From contig NW_026928487.1 in the NCBI RefSeq assembly GCF_032062105.1, forward strand, positions 62,001 through 126,000: DNA of 64,000 nt, in the 5' to 3' direction. Below, in pieces: positions 25,129-38,404 of the stretch (positions are counted from its first letter, which is position 1; every line of letters begins with the position of its first letter). The translations under genes were made by a program, and so were the position numbers. This DNA comes from Saccostrea cucullata. Lineage: Eukaryota. The notes under the pieces were generated by a model that was not told the origin of the DNA, did no database searches, and saw only the letters and a program-made list of their open reading frames with translations.

Positions 25129-28100
25129 TGTTGTGTATTGGAACACACTAGTAAACACGTGTGTATGGCAGGAACTACTTTTTAATTGAATGAATACATA
25201 ACAGTGAAAACCAATAACGTACTTAATATAGTTCCGGAATACATGGACATAACATGTCTCCCTCTTAAGTTTTGAAGTAAGATTTTCCCCGTTACATTAA
25301 TTTTTGTGCCTTGCTGGTACATAATGTAATTCACGGAAACATATAACAACATACAAATGTAAACTATACATTTAAGAACAAAGCATTAGCAACATATGTA
25401 CAAATGAGAAACTTTTGTTTTCCTGTGATACCATGAGGATTATTATGCCTCAGTCTGCATTAGTATCACATTTCACTTCAAACATAATCAGCAAGATGTT
25501 TGGGCGGTGTTTCCTGACAGGACTCGGATATCTTGGTTCAGGAACGGCTTGAGTAGATGGCATGGCACGGTCATCATTGCATGGATGTGAAGGACGTGGT
25601 TCTGCATTGGACACGGGTGAGTTCTGTTTCGAGATGTTTGACTTAACTGGTTGTTGACTCACAGCTGTGTTACTAGGTTAAATATGTAAGTCCTCCTGAA
25701 TTGGCACATTTGAAGAACGCAACTTATCAGCGTGTCGTCTCCATGTGACACCTTGTGTTACTTCTACAGAATATGATACAGGTCCAGTCTGAGCTGTCAC
25801 GGTTCCGGAAGTCCACTGAGAATGATCCTTTCGGTAGTCACGAACAGCAACAAAATCTCCTGGTTCGAATTTACGTAACACAATTTTCTTTCTTTCGCGC
25901 ACTTCACACTGTTTCTTCTCTACTTTCCTCCTGATATCTGGTTTAATGAGTTCTAAACGAGATGGTAAGTTTCTGACCATGAATAGTTTTGCTGGACTTC
26001 ATTTGTTGTGCACTGTGGAGCGTTACGGTAAGCCATAAGAAAATTGCTGAGTTTCTTCAACATGCTACCACTTTCCTTTTTACTCGACTTGAGACTCATC
26101 TTGAATGACTGCACAAAACTTTCTGCTAAACCGTAAGTACTTGGGTGATAGGGTGCTGAGGTTATGTGTTTTTACCGTTTCCTTTGGTAAAATTCGCAAG
26201 CTCTTCTGATGTGAATTGAGGTCCATTGTAACTTACAATTTGTGATGGTAAGCCATTACGTGCAAAAACGGTACGTAATACATCTATGGTCTGGGAAGAT
26301 GTGGTGGTTTTCATAGGTATCACCTCTGGCCTCTTAGAGTAAGCGTCAACAATGACTAAGAACATTGAATTGAGAAACGGACCCGCAAAATCAATATGGA
26401 TCCTTTCCCATGGTCTAGACGGCCATTCTCATGGGTGAATAGGTGCGGCTGGTGGTGCATGCTTTACTGCCTGACATCCAGCACAGCTCTTTGTAAAAAG
26501 TTCTATATCCCGATCTATCCCTGACCACCAAGCATGACTTCTTGCTAAGGTTTTCATTTTAACAACACCAATTTGACCTTGATGTAGCTCATCCAAAACT
26601 TGACTTCGCAGTGACGGCGGAATCACAACACGTATTTCCATAACAGACAGTTCTAATGAATAGTAAGTTCACTACGGCGTGTGAAGTATGGATCCATCTC
26701 CTTCGACTCTGAATTTGCACACCAACCTCTGGACACATTATTGTAAACTTTCGACAAGAGGTAATCATGCCTTGTTTCACGTTGGATTGCTTCAGGTTTG
26801 AGAGGTAGATGTTCCAGTTGACTGACATGCAACATCTCCAATTCCGCTTCCTCTTCTTTGTCCACTAATCTGCTACCCTTACACGTGACAGGTAAGCGGG
26901 ACAAACTGTCAGCATTTCCATGTTTCTTTGTATTTCTGTAGATTATATCATAGCTATAGCCTGCCAGGAACAGTGCGTATCTATGCAGCCTAGCTGGTGT
27001 TGTGTTTGCGATTCCCTTCTTTGCACCAAATATAGAGATTAGTGGTTCGTGGTGTGTATTGAGACGAAAACGTCTTCCATAAACATAAGTGTTGAAACGT
27101 TTTACTCCCCAGATAATTCCTAGAGCTTCCTTCTCTATCTGTGAGTAGTTTTTCTCAGATGTTCTGAGTGAACGTGACGCATAAGCAATTGGGCTCTCTT
27201 CACCATTGGGCATAATCTGGCTCAAAACAGCCCCAAGGCCATTAGGCTAGACATAAGGGTAAGTTTGGATCATGATGGGTAAGTACTTCATCTGATGTTA
27301 TGAGCTTTTTCACTGTCTCGAAAGCCTCCTCACAGTCTTTTGTCCAGCACCACTTGCGTTCCTTTTCCAGTAAGTTGTACAGTGGGTGAAGCACTGTAGA
27401 AAAATTGGGAATGAAACGTGCATAGTAGTTCACGTTCCCCAAGAATGAACGAAGCTCGGACACATTAGTAGGTTGTGGACTTGTGGTGCATTTACAACAG
27501 CTTCTATCTTCTTTTGTGTCTTTTGTAAACCATGACGGTCAATTTCATGCCAACAGAAAAATTGGCACTTGTCCAGGTTTACTCTGAGTCCATATTCTGC
27601 CAATCTGCCAAGCACAGCATCTAAAATGCTCTGCTTCATCTTTGCCCGTGATGATCATATCGTCGATGATACACTTCACTTCAGGAAGTCCTTGAAGCAT
27701 CATATCCATAGAACGCTGCCAAATCGCTGGCGCAGACGCAACACCGTACACTAGGCGATTGTAACGATACAAGCCTCTCTCTGTGTTTATCGTAAGTAAG
27801 GGACGTGAATCTTCTTCCACCTCCATTTGTAGGTAATCATGTTTTAAATCCACTTTTGAGAATTGTTGTCCTCCAGACAGAGCAGCAAATATACCTTCAA
27901 TTCTTGAAAGAGGGTTATGGTCAATTTCTAATACTGGGTTAAGAGTCACTTTGAAATCTCCGCACACACGAACTGAACCATCCTTCTTACTGACTTGTAT
28001 AATTGGCGTTGTCCATTCACTAAAGTTGCACTTCTCCAGGACACCATCTTTCACCAACTTCTCTAGTTCTACCTCAACTTAAGGTTTAAGTGCATAAGGT

Positions 28101-29557
28101 ACCTGTCTGGCTTTGATGAACTTGGGCTTTGCACCAGGTTTAACTGTCAACTTGGCCTTGATTCCTTTTAAGGTTCCCAAATTATCCTAGAATACACTCA
28201 AATGATTATCTAACACAGTTTTCAGATTTTTCTCTGCTTTATATGTTGCAAGCGCTTTTCTTTCTGGCCAGTTCAGTGTCATCTGTTTCAGCCAATCTCG
28301 ACCAAACAGTGTAACTCCAGCTTTCTTTACAACATACAGATTAAGGTCCTTGCGCTGGTCCTGGTATCTCACACTGACTTATGCGACACCAGCAGGTTTT
28401 ATTCTTTCTCCTGTATAGGTTTTTAACAGAATGTCACTGGGTTTCATCTTGACATTTGGAAATTTCTCCTTGAATATTTTCTCGCGAATAACAGATACTG
28501 TGGCCTCTGTATCCAATCCCATTTCCAGACTAACACTGTGGGTATAATCCTTATCACATCATCTGATCTTCTCATGGAGTTAATATTTATCTCTAAAGTC
28601 TTGATGTAGATATCATCACTATTTGAACCGTCATTTTGATTGATCATATGAACACTCATCTTCCTTTTTTTCTGGCTGCGACATGCATGTTTAGAGTGAC
28701 CCTTCTTGTGTCACTTGAAATACTCATTTTCTCTGTAATAGCAATTTTGTGGGTTGTGGTCACCATTGCACCGGAAACATGATTTTCCTCGCTTGGGCGT
28801 ATATTTCCCTGATGTTCCACCATATTCGTGAGACTTCTTTTTAGTATGTAGTTTATGTACACATGCACTAGGACTGTGCTTAGACTGTATTTCTGTGGCA
28901 TCCCTGGCTGCTGTCTCCATATCTGTAGCGGACGTAAAGTTTACGTAACATATCATCCAGAATAGCCTCATCAAATAAGCAATGATCAGATAACTTCCTC
29001 AGTGCTGCTACATAATCAAGAATAGTCTCACCTTCTGCTTGCTCCCTCTTATGAAAGCGAAAACGTTCAGCTATGACAAGATGCTTTGGACACAGATGCT
29101 TTCGTAATGTCGCAACTAGGTCGCCATGCGATACTTCTGAAGGTTTCTTGGGTCTCGTGAGCCCTCGCAGCAGTGATTCCACCATTCAGTGTAGGTAAAA
29201 CGGGTACTTTCTATTCTTATTTAACTTCATTACAAAAAAAAAAATATTGTTGAAGGCGTTCATTATATGAATCCCATGATTCAACTGCACTATAAAATGG
29301 TTCCAATCGTCCTATTTTCCCTGCCATGACTGTGAAAGCACGTGGACCGGTATACAGAACAAATTCGGTACACAATCCAAACAGTTACTTGCACAAATTC
29401 GATTGAATCAGAATGACACACTCACCGACACAGTTTATCCGAGTAACTCATACATTTATGCGTAGGCTTGAACACATTTCTCGTCGCCAATGTTTTGTAT
29501 TGGAACACACTATTTATGAAGTGTAATAACACTTTTTAATTGAATGAACACATAACA
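25129..29557 (-). mobile_element. Full-length but decayed Gypsy LTR retrotransposon (Mag-like)
   Basis: LTRs 25129-25254 and 29491-29557 (TGTT..TAACA); 5-bp TSD TATTT; PBS TGGCGACGAG (complementary to tRNA-Ser GCU 3' end); PPT aagagggaga; gag start MAGKIGRLEPF at 29327, CFRCNGDH zinc knuckle, protease LDTEA, RT IIDDMII, RNase H IAYASRSL..EKEAL, integrase IDFAGPF/NGPQF; many frameshifts. Confidence 0.93.
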
Positions 29558-29718
29558 TATTTGATGTTCTCATTTGTCCTTAATAGTTCAAAATTTAGAC
29601 ACAAAGAAATGCCTAATTCCTTACATGATAAATAAAGCCCTATTTCAAGTCATATTTGGTCAAATAAAACACAAGTTGGGAAAAATATTTTCCTATTTCT
29701 TAACACAAGAATCCGATT

Positions 29719-31956
29719 TGTGGTGTCCCATACAGAGTTAATATCGGATTTAACCACATGTACTGATGTAACACATACTAATCAGCCATTACTTTTATTT
29801 ATAACATCAACTTCCGGTTGAGTACAAGGGAAACAAATCACAATTAAATAAATGAGAGTTATCTTTCTTAGAACATAAAATATGAGTAAAGTATAATCTA
29901 TCATACACTACAATCCTCTCCCTTTTCATTTAAACAAATAGCAATTATTTCAAATAAATTATAAATGAACAAATCTAATTATCATTTAACTTGAACACAG
30001 TCTATGAATCATTACAGTGTTTAAAAATCATTGAACATTTATATTTGAACAAAGGTTACACAGAACATGTTATTTCATTACATAGTTCTTGAATTTCACC
30101 GGAAAAGAGCGTTGACGAACTGGTCGGCTTAATTGCGGTGAACTTGTCGTCGGATCTTGAACATTGCTGTCGAATTCCTCTGCTGATGAGTTTCCTGATG
30201 ACGCTTCCTGGACATTATCTGAAATTGCACTTTTATCACTCGCAATTTGATTAGGAACTGAATTTACTGAACACAAATCTTCATTTCCATTGGAATTTTC
30301 AATTAACACATTTTCATTCACATTTTCACTTGACACTTTCACAGATTCCTTGGAATTCACAATTTTTTTTCAAATGAGACACATTTCTTTTGTAACGAAC
30401 TCCTTCCCTGGATTGTAACACAACACTATTTCTATTTTTCTCGACAACTTTGAATGGATCACTATGATATGTCGTAGATAACTTGTTTTCCTTGTTCTTC
30501 TTCATCAAAGCAAGATCACCAGGTTTTATGTCGCTAAGCATAGCTCCTCTCTTAGCATCAGAATACATCTTCCCTTTTGCCTTCTTCTCTGCATCTCTAT
30601 CTCTAATCTGTCTCACGATAAGTGTGGATATCTGGTAGTTTTGTACGAATAAATGGACGAAACAACAACTCAGACGGACTCCTGTTGTGGTATGTGGTGA
30701 TGAGCGATACATCAGCAAATAAGTCTGAAGTTCCGATTTCCAGTCTTTCTTTTCTGCTTGTGCAATCTTCAGTCTCTTCAATATTGATCTGTTCTGACGT
30801 TAAATTTCTTCATTGGCCTGTGGCCACAATGGGGTTGTCTTCCTATGGACTATTCCATTTATTTCACAGTATGTTTTGAAATATTCGCTGACAAATTGTG
30901 GTCCATTGTCTTGTAATAGAAACAGGTAATCCATGTGTACTGAAAATCTTTGTCAACACTTCCACCATTTTCTCCGCCGTTGTAGATCTCATCACAGCCA
31001 GATCAATCCATCGGGAATAATAATCAACGATAGTAAAAATGTAGTCTCCGGAATGTAACGGTCCTAGGAAATCAGCTGCTAAATGTTCCCATGGTCGTGA
31101 TGGTAGTTCTGTTCTGTGCATAGGTTCCACGTTTTCAGGTTGTGTTACTAGCTGACATCCATAACAAGCTTTGTTCCACTGTTCAATGTCTTGATCCATT
31201 TTAGACCACCAAACCTTGAATCGCAATGATAACAATTCCAGGATGTCCCTCATGACCTAGTGCCAGTACTTGGTCGCGTAATGACTTAGGTATGACAATC
31301 CTTGTCTCGTAGTATCAAATGTCCAACAGTACACACTTCTGATTTTACTGTCAAATATTCTTTGTTCTGTAACTTGTACCATTTCCCTGTTATCAAGCAT
31401 ATCCTCATCCTCCAATGATGCTCTCTCAAGCTCAGATACGGTCATTGCGATTGGAACAGCTTCCTCAATCATAAAGCGTAAGTATTCCTCAGTATCACTT
31501 GTCTTCGGATTTGGTGTATCTGTTGACAACATCCTTGACAATGAATCAGTTCTGCATCCTTAACAACCATCTTTCTACTGGTGCACATGGTTTCGATTTG
31601 GGCGAGAAAATAAATTCAAGTGACTTATGATCCGTTAACAGCTCAAAAGTCTTCCCCATCAGGTACATGTGAAACCGCTCACATGCCCATACTAAGCTGA
31701 GTGCTTCCTTCTCAGCTTGTGCGTATCTGCGTTCGACGTCTGTTAAGGATCTACTCGCATAGGAGAAAATCTTGGGTTTCCTATGTTGTTCCTGGACTAA
31801 AACAGCGCCTAAGCCGATTTGACTTGCATCTGCAATAACTTTTTTTGGCATTCACATCAAAGTAGGCTAAAGTTGACACATTAGCTAAACAGTAAATGAG
31901 AGTTATCTTTCTTAGAACATAAAATATGAGTAAAGTATAATCTATCATACATTACA
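29719..31956 (-). mobile_element. Internally deleted Gypsy LTR retrotransposon (RNase H + integrase retained)
   Basis: 3' LTR 29719-29912 (TGTGGTG..CACTACA), PPT gaaaagggagagga; 64-bp remnant of 5' LTR 31893-31956 nearly identical to 29849-29912; 5-bp TSD CGATT; ORFs DASQIGLGAVL..YASRSL..EKEAL (RNase H) and CYGC..DFLGPL..VDYYSR (integrase). Confidence 0.9.
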
Positions 31957-32364
31957 CGATTCATTACTACAATGCTAAAATATTGTGTCGCGTAAATAAA
32001 TTTTTTACTTTCAAATGAATCAAAATTCGTGCAAAATCGTAAATCGAATATGTCTTCGTACTTAGGAATGCCAAGTACTATATTTTTTTAGGTTACCTGA
32101 GTAACTCAGGTGACCTATTGCTATCAGTTTTCGTCTGCCGTTGTCTTTCGTGTATTAACATTTGAACATTTTCAGCTTCTTCTCTGAAACCACTAAACCA
32201 ACTTCAACCACATTAATTTTGTATACAGCATCTATGGGTAAAGGGGAAATATATTGTGAATTTTATGGTCCCCGCCCCTCTGGGGCCTGAGGGGAAGGGC
32301 CAAAACCATAAATATGGTAATTTATCAAGAGAAATTAAAGTTTTTCTAGTTTAAAAAATAGTAC

Positions 32365-32486
32365 ACAATTATTGCTGCTTTTTGAGGTCAATACAATGAT
32401 TAAGCCATCAATGATTAAACCAATATTATTTTATTCGAAGATGGCTAAACATTGTATTGACCGAAAAAAAAAACAGCAATAATTGT
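32365..32486. mobile_element. Palindromic MITE
   Basis: acaattattgctg..ggtcaatacaatg..agccatc mirrored by gatggct..cattgtattgacc..cagcaataattgt. Confidence 0.75.
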
Positions 32487-32643
32487 TTTAGTATATGATT
32501 CACTGATAAAACGATACAGCTCATTACTTGTTTGCATTTAATCAAGTCCTAGCCAAATACAAGAGTGAAGAGACTTAAAATGGGAATAAACCTTAACAGT
32601 CATATCAATTTGAAATGTTTTTTTTTTTTTTAATCAATTTTAA

Positions 32644-35600
32644 CCCTTTGTGTGCTGACTTGTTTTAAGCGAGCTGTAGCCTCAGTACTGAGTTGTTTTG
32701 GAATATCAACAAAATTATAACATTGGTGTACTAAAATGCCGATATTTTAAAATGTTGATAACCAATTTGCTTGAAATTTTGCAAATATATAGCAAATGTG
32801 TTTTTTTACTGGTAATAATTTTTGTTTTAAAATCTCATATTTTATGTTGCTGTGGAAACCAAATTTTCAAAAAATATGTTTTAAAATGATTTTTTTTTTT
32901 TGCTTTTTAAGGATATTTTTCAGAAAGAAATATAGCACCTTGATGGAAAAAAATAAATTAATTGCTTTAAAAATTCAATTGTAGATTTAATACTATGTAA
33001 AAAAAATTAAATACGGTAATAAATAATAAAGTCAATGTTTATATCATTATGTTGTGAAAAGTCATTGTATACTTACATGTATATCTGAGTAAGTGATATG
33101 TTCATGTAGGTTTAATTTTAAGTGAATTCTGATTTAAATTAATGCAATTTTTTTTTTCAGTTTTCAATTAAAAAGAGTATAAATTGAAGACATAACCAGT
33201 GATTATTTTTAGAAATATCTGTAATCATATAAAAGAGTATGACCCTAAAAGAATATACAGATTTCAAGGTCGGGAAATCTTGGAGCAAAATTGGCACAAC
33301 AATGAACTAATTGCTATTACTAGTATTCATTTTCAAATTACAGCAGTCAACATGTTAAAAAAAATTAAAATAAAAAAAACATTTACACTAAGTTATAGAG
33401 GTCTTATTTTATTTTGACTGGTATTTAACAGCCCTATATATAAATATACTCTAGTAATTCTCATATCTCTATAAGTCTTTTTTTTATTGTCCTTTTATAG
33501 AAGAGATTGCAATTCTCCATGTTATTTGTAAAGTTAACTTATTCATTAACTTTACTCTCACAATACTTCTCACTCTGTAAGAAATTGGTACTTATTTTAG
33601 AAGATTTATTTCTAGCTGGCAACAATAATTGCCAACAAGAAAACTAGAATTTTAAATTTTAGAAATTTAAGCACCTTCAACAGTCATTTGTAATGATATT
33701 CAAAAATTACTTTCTTGTGGTCGTCGGTGAAAATGTCTTGATTTTTTTCAATTGATTTTAGTTATACAGGTTTAAAGATATGTACAGTGTTCTGTAATAT
33801 CAATCAATATTTTGAGAAATAATTATCATTCATACTTTTAAGTACATGTATATGCAAGTGTAATGGTATGGGTCATGGATATAGGCTGAGTGAGCTCTGC
33901 AGTCAGTAGAGCACCTATGCTGTGCAGTAATGCAGGGGTCCCGTCTTTGATTCACGGTCCAGCCATGCATTTTCTCCTTCCTTGTTACAGATTTGATGCT
34001 ATTGACCCCTCTGGATTAGCAAGAGAAAATCCTGCCAGGGGCTAATAAGAATTTGGGTTGTGTCTGAAGATATTGTGAAGTGAAGATAGTTTTATGGCAG
34101 GATATGCAATGGTTGTGCTATGGATCTTAACCTGGGTAGCTCTTTCGGTAGAGTACCTGACCACAGTGATGCAGGGTTCCTGTTAAATTCCTTGTCCAGC
34201 CACCCATTTTCTCCTTTCCTATATTGCACAAGTATTGAATGTGGCTGAATTTTTACTTCAACTGTTATTCCTATTGATGAAATACACTTTATTTTCACCA
34301 TGGTTTTTTTTTTGTATTCTAAGTAACTACTCACATTATCATATTTGTATATAAGCATTATATCTTTGGAGACAAAAATGTAAATTTTTGTTGATTAAAA
34401 ACCTTATAGGACTTAGGAATTTTGAAAAATTTTCTTGGCCAGTCTCTAAACAAATCCTCACAGTAAATCTTAGCATTTTTACTGTATTCATCCAGGCATA
34501 CATGATTTTCTCTTATATCAAATGTACCTATCTCACATATCTAGAAGGGATAAAATGTAGAAGCTTCTTGGGCCTTATAAACTTGTAAACATGTATACTT
34601 TCGAGTTTTAGAAGCTACAATTCCTATCATCCAGTCTTTGCTGAGTTTTAATGATGTACTTGCACGTCTATACAATTCACAAATCCTCGTCCTAAAGACT
34701 TGGATCGCCTTCATATGCCTACTAAATGATAATATATTAAGCAAGTAGTTTTTGTGATCAGGTTTAGTCCCCTTGTTGACAACCTTTTGCATGAAGTGTG
34801 GTGCCTATCCCAAGAACTTCATAACTGAGATATACATTTTTGTATATTCTGCATCCTTTTCAAAGTAAAGGAATGTTTCCATGGACAAAAATGACAACTC
34901 ATCTTAATTTTAAACTATGGACTTATCAGTCTCACTGTTTTTGGTTTTGAGAAATATAATTAAAAGGTGAGAGAAATATGCAATACAATCCACATGCTAT
35001 ATTCTGGCAAAAGTCTATTTTAAAGAAAAAGAAAATGTCCCCCTGATGTTTAGAAAAAAATCTGATAAATACATGAACAAATTTGTTCACTTGCTTACTA
35101 GTAAGTTTACCCAAATACACGGAATATCAAGCAGATTTAAATCGAAAATTTTAGGTGTACAGGACCACTTGACTACGTGATTGTCACTTATAAAATTCAT
35201 ATTGTGTATATTTCTAATACATGCATCATGAATTGCTTGATCACAAAAAATGTTGGTGGATATACATATATTCTCTATACATCTCTACTTACTTATTACA
35301 TATGCAATAACTCATCGGAAAATTTTCTACAGTGTTCAAGTCCTCCACATTTATTTCTTGTATCAGGTGAAACCTTTCTTATCTTTCAAAATTTTGAAAT
35401 TGGTCTAGAGATTAAAAAAAATATTTTTTTTTAAAATTTATTTGTTCACTTATTTTTATTTGTTTATCTATTGTTTAAAAAACCAAAATGCTATTAATTT
35501 ACAAAGTGCTCAACATTATTTTTTGCAAACCTTTATTTCAAAATAAAGCTTGATTTATATTTCAACAACTTGAACAGCCACTGAGGAAAATAAAAACATC

Positions 35601-36299
35601 TGTGACTTGTCAGGTTCAATCTCGTGCATTATTGTTATAATTTAGTCGATGTAAGGTATGTCTACTTACAAAACAAATCTAATTAACAAAAAAATAACCA
35701 CAGTATGTCCAAAATTCAAAACTGCCGACCATATAAGCCCTCGGTATGCTCTCAGACATTTTCAGTAGCATGTGCATCCTACTTTCGTTTTAACAGGAAG
35801 AACTTAACAAGGTTAAGGTCAAGTCAAGTTAACTCGAGTTTTTCTGCTAAAATATCGATAATTTTTAAGTAATTTTATATATACAAACACAAATTTATTA
35901 GAATTATTGATATTAAACTACGTTTTGGATTTATTTCTTTATTTTTCTGTATATTAGCAATAAGTTAAGTTAGAAGATATCTATTACATGTGCGTTTTTT
36001 CCCTGTTTCCAAAAATAGCGCACTGCCTTTCGTCGTAACGAATGCTAACATCTTCACTTCAAACCATAATTTCACGAATAAATAGCATACTTTTACTTCT
36101 TTAATACTTATTTTTCAATGTATTGTAGTTGTATAATACGTTTTTATAGATTCTGAATAATTCATAACTCATTCATATGTTTTATACGACGTTTTATGTG
36201 ACGAAACGCTAATTCCAAACTCAGACCAACATGTTGGGCTACCGCACGCAAGCGTTTGTGACGTCACACCCAATATGTTGGGTTGCCGCACACAAAGGG
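32644..36299. mobile_element. Non-autonomous piggyBac-like element (3656 bp)
   Basis: TTAA|CCCTTTGTGTGC ... GCACACAAAGGG|TTAA: perfect 12-bp TIR, CCC/GGG ends and TTAA TSD; duplicated subterminal motif near the right end; no transposase ORF. Confidence 0.8.
33859..34228 (+). mobile_element. 370-bp TRIM (non-autonomous LTR element) with tRNA-like sequence inside both LTRs
   Basis: LTR1 33859-33989 (TGTAATGG..TGTTACA), LTR2 34105-34228 (TGCAATGG..ATTGCA), ~115-bp internal part, 4-bp TSD CAAG; each LTR has agctc..(c/t)(a/g)gtagag(c/t)acct (D-arm/A-box-like) and gcagggg?tcc..g..attc (T-arm/B-box-like). Confidence 0.7.
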
Positions 36300-38404
36300 T
36301 TAATTGCCATGAAAAAAAATTTATAATGTCAGCTTTTTTTATAGGATGGATTTTGAAAGAACGGAGTATAATCAGGGAATTATCAGGGAAAACTGACTGC
36401 CAAAAAGTAAAAATTGCTGTTCAGTAAAAGTGTTGGAGGGGGGTCCCTACATCCCCTCTTACCACCCTCACCCAAAAATATATATTCGCTTATGTTTTGT
36501 TGACATGAAAAAAAAGTGAAAGTCGTTTAAATAGCTTTCCAAAACAATTTCTATCAATTTGGAATTGCCCGATCTATTTTTAGATCAATGTAGAGGAAAT
36601 ATATCCTTGTATTCACCTGGAACGTCACGTGCAGGTCAATACAACGTAATATTTCTCTAACATAGTTGGATATCAGCCAATCAGTGATATAAAAATTATT
36701 CAATCATATAAAAAAATAATTCGATAAGTTCTGATGACATCATAAACTTGCATACATTGTATGTACACAGAACTGGAACAGCATCGTTACGCCATTTTAA
36801 CGTCACGTCAGTCTCAGATTATTTTCTTACACTTAAACAATCGTGATTTTTTTTATTATTCTTCTTTTTTATGTTTTCTATTAAATTGTATTTCGAACTC
36901 TCTTTCTTTAAAAAACCTTTGAAAATGAAATGTACGTTGTTGCCATAAGATATGGAAAATTACATGAAGTATCATACACTGTTTGCCTAGTATCATGCAG
37001 TGCCGACTTAAGCACCGCTAGTCAACGCCGCAGGCACTTGTTTTTGGAAATAAATTTTAACCCATAATATAATAATATTTTTTAGCACTCTGAGTTAAAT
37101 TTATTTCCGAAACAAGTGCCTGTGATCAATGATAATTGTTCATCCAGTGCCTTTGTCTTTACTCCGTTTAATAATTTTTGTGGGAAATCAGTCAGTGATA
37201 AAATAAAAAAAATCCTTGCATTATTATTGTTATTGTACGTCCTTTGGTTGACATTTAATCTCAGCGCAACACTACACAAACTTGTAAGTATGTTTGCTCC
37301 TCAGCATTAACGTCTAATTTCATTTTTCTTTTGTTGAATTATCACCTTTTTATTTTATACGAGTAGTTAACATTACATTATAATGAAATTACCCATTAAA
37401 ATAAATAAGAAATTGTTCAACACCTTTTAAACTTTCAAGTTCATTCTCATCGTCGTACTAGATACAATTTACAGAATTTAGAAATTATATACTACTTAAA
37501 AATGATTGTTCGTTCACTCCTCAACTTCACTGTCCTCACCACTGTCGGATTCATCGATGATTTCCGGTAGATCTGATCCATCATAAACAGAGGTGCTCCA
37601 ATTCCTTACACCTTTCAAAGAATCGACGCCATGTCTCGCGTACGCCAGAAACCACACGACACTGGTGATGTGACCACACATTCCAACCACTCTGCTTCCC
37701 GCCTTACACTTACAAAACCAACCGTCAATGACTCCATCATTATAACTTATCCAGCACTTATAATTTTTAGCCGATATATGTCTACTCTGGATTTTAGCAG
37801 AAAGTATAGAAGGTCAATTGGGGAGCTACAATGTCTGTAAATAAATTAATGTTTTGAAATCTGCTCTTTGGTATTAATCAACCATTTAATGATAAAATTT
37901 GCAAAATTTTGAAATATTTGGCCCCAGGGTCAGTGGTTCCTTTAGGGTTAGGTGCACAACTGGTTATAAAATGGAAGTGCATTTTCTCTTTTTTACTCTG
38001 ATCTACCTCTAAGTATGAAGTAAATAGAGTAAGCATGCTAGGTTTAAAATTATGATAAGCAACGGCGCCTCTTTCAAAATCATGAATCGTGAATTACAAG
38101 GCGTCTGGTTTAAAACCCGAACTAAATTTAATTGTTTGAAAGTTGTTACACAATACTCAGGTGACTTAAAAGGCCCATGGGCCTCTTGTTTGATTCATCT
38201 TAGTGTTTGTCAGGTGTACCATTTTTTTCATTTGCAAAAGTAAATGGGTAACATATACATGTACTCTTCACTATTTTTATGATGATTGAAAACATAAAAT
38301 TTGTTTTACTTAGTTGAGAACTTAACATAATTTTGGTGCGCAAGTATTGAACAATCTTACAGGATTAAAGGGCCGCAAAATTCCCATCTTATAATGACAC
38401 AATC

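Larger units (their letters stand above)
32089..38190 (+). mobile_element. HINE of the aggtcacctgag family split by ~5.5 kb of nested insertions
   Basis: 5' part 32089-~32330 (aggttacctgagtaactcaggtgacct hairpin) resembles the reverse complement of 22460-22683; 3' part ~37850-38190 ending ctcaggtgacttaaaaggcccatgggcctcttgtt resembles the reverse complement of 20656-20790. Confidence 0.7.

Noticed and set aside
33880-34200. Two functional tRNA genes
   Set aside because: No intact cloverleaf or canonical TTC loop; better explained as tRNA-derived parts of TRIM LTRs.
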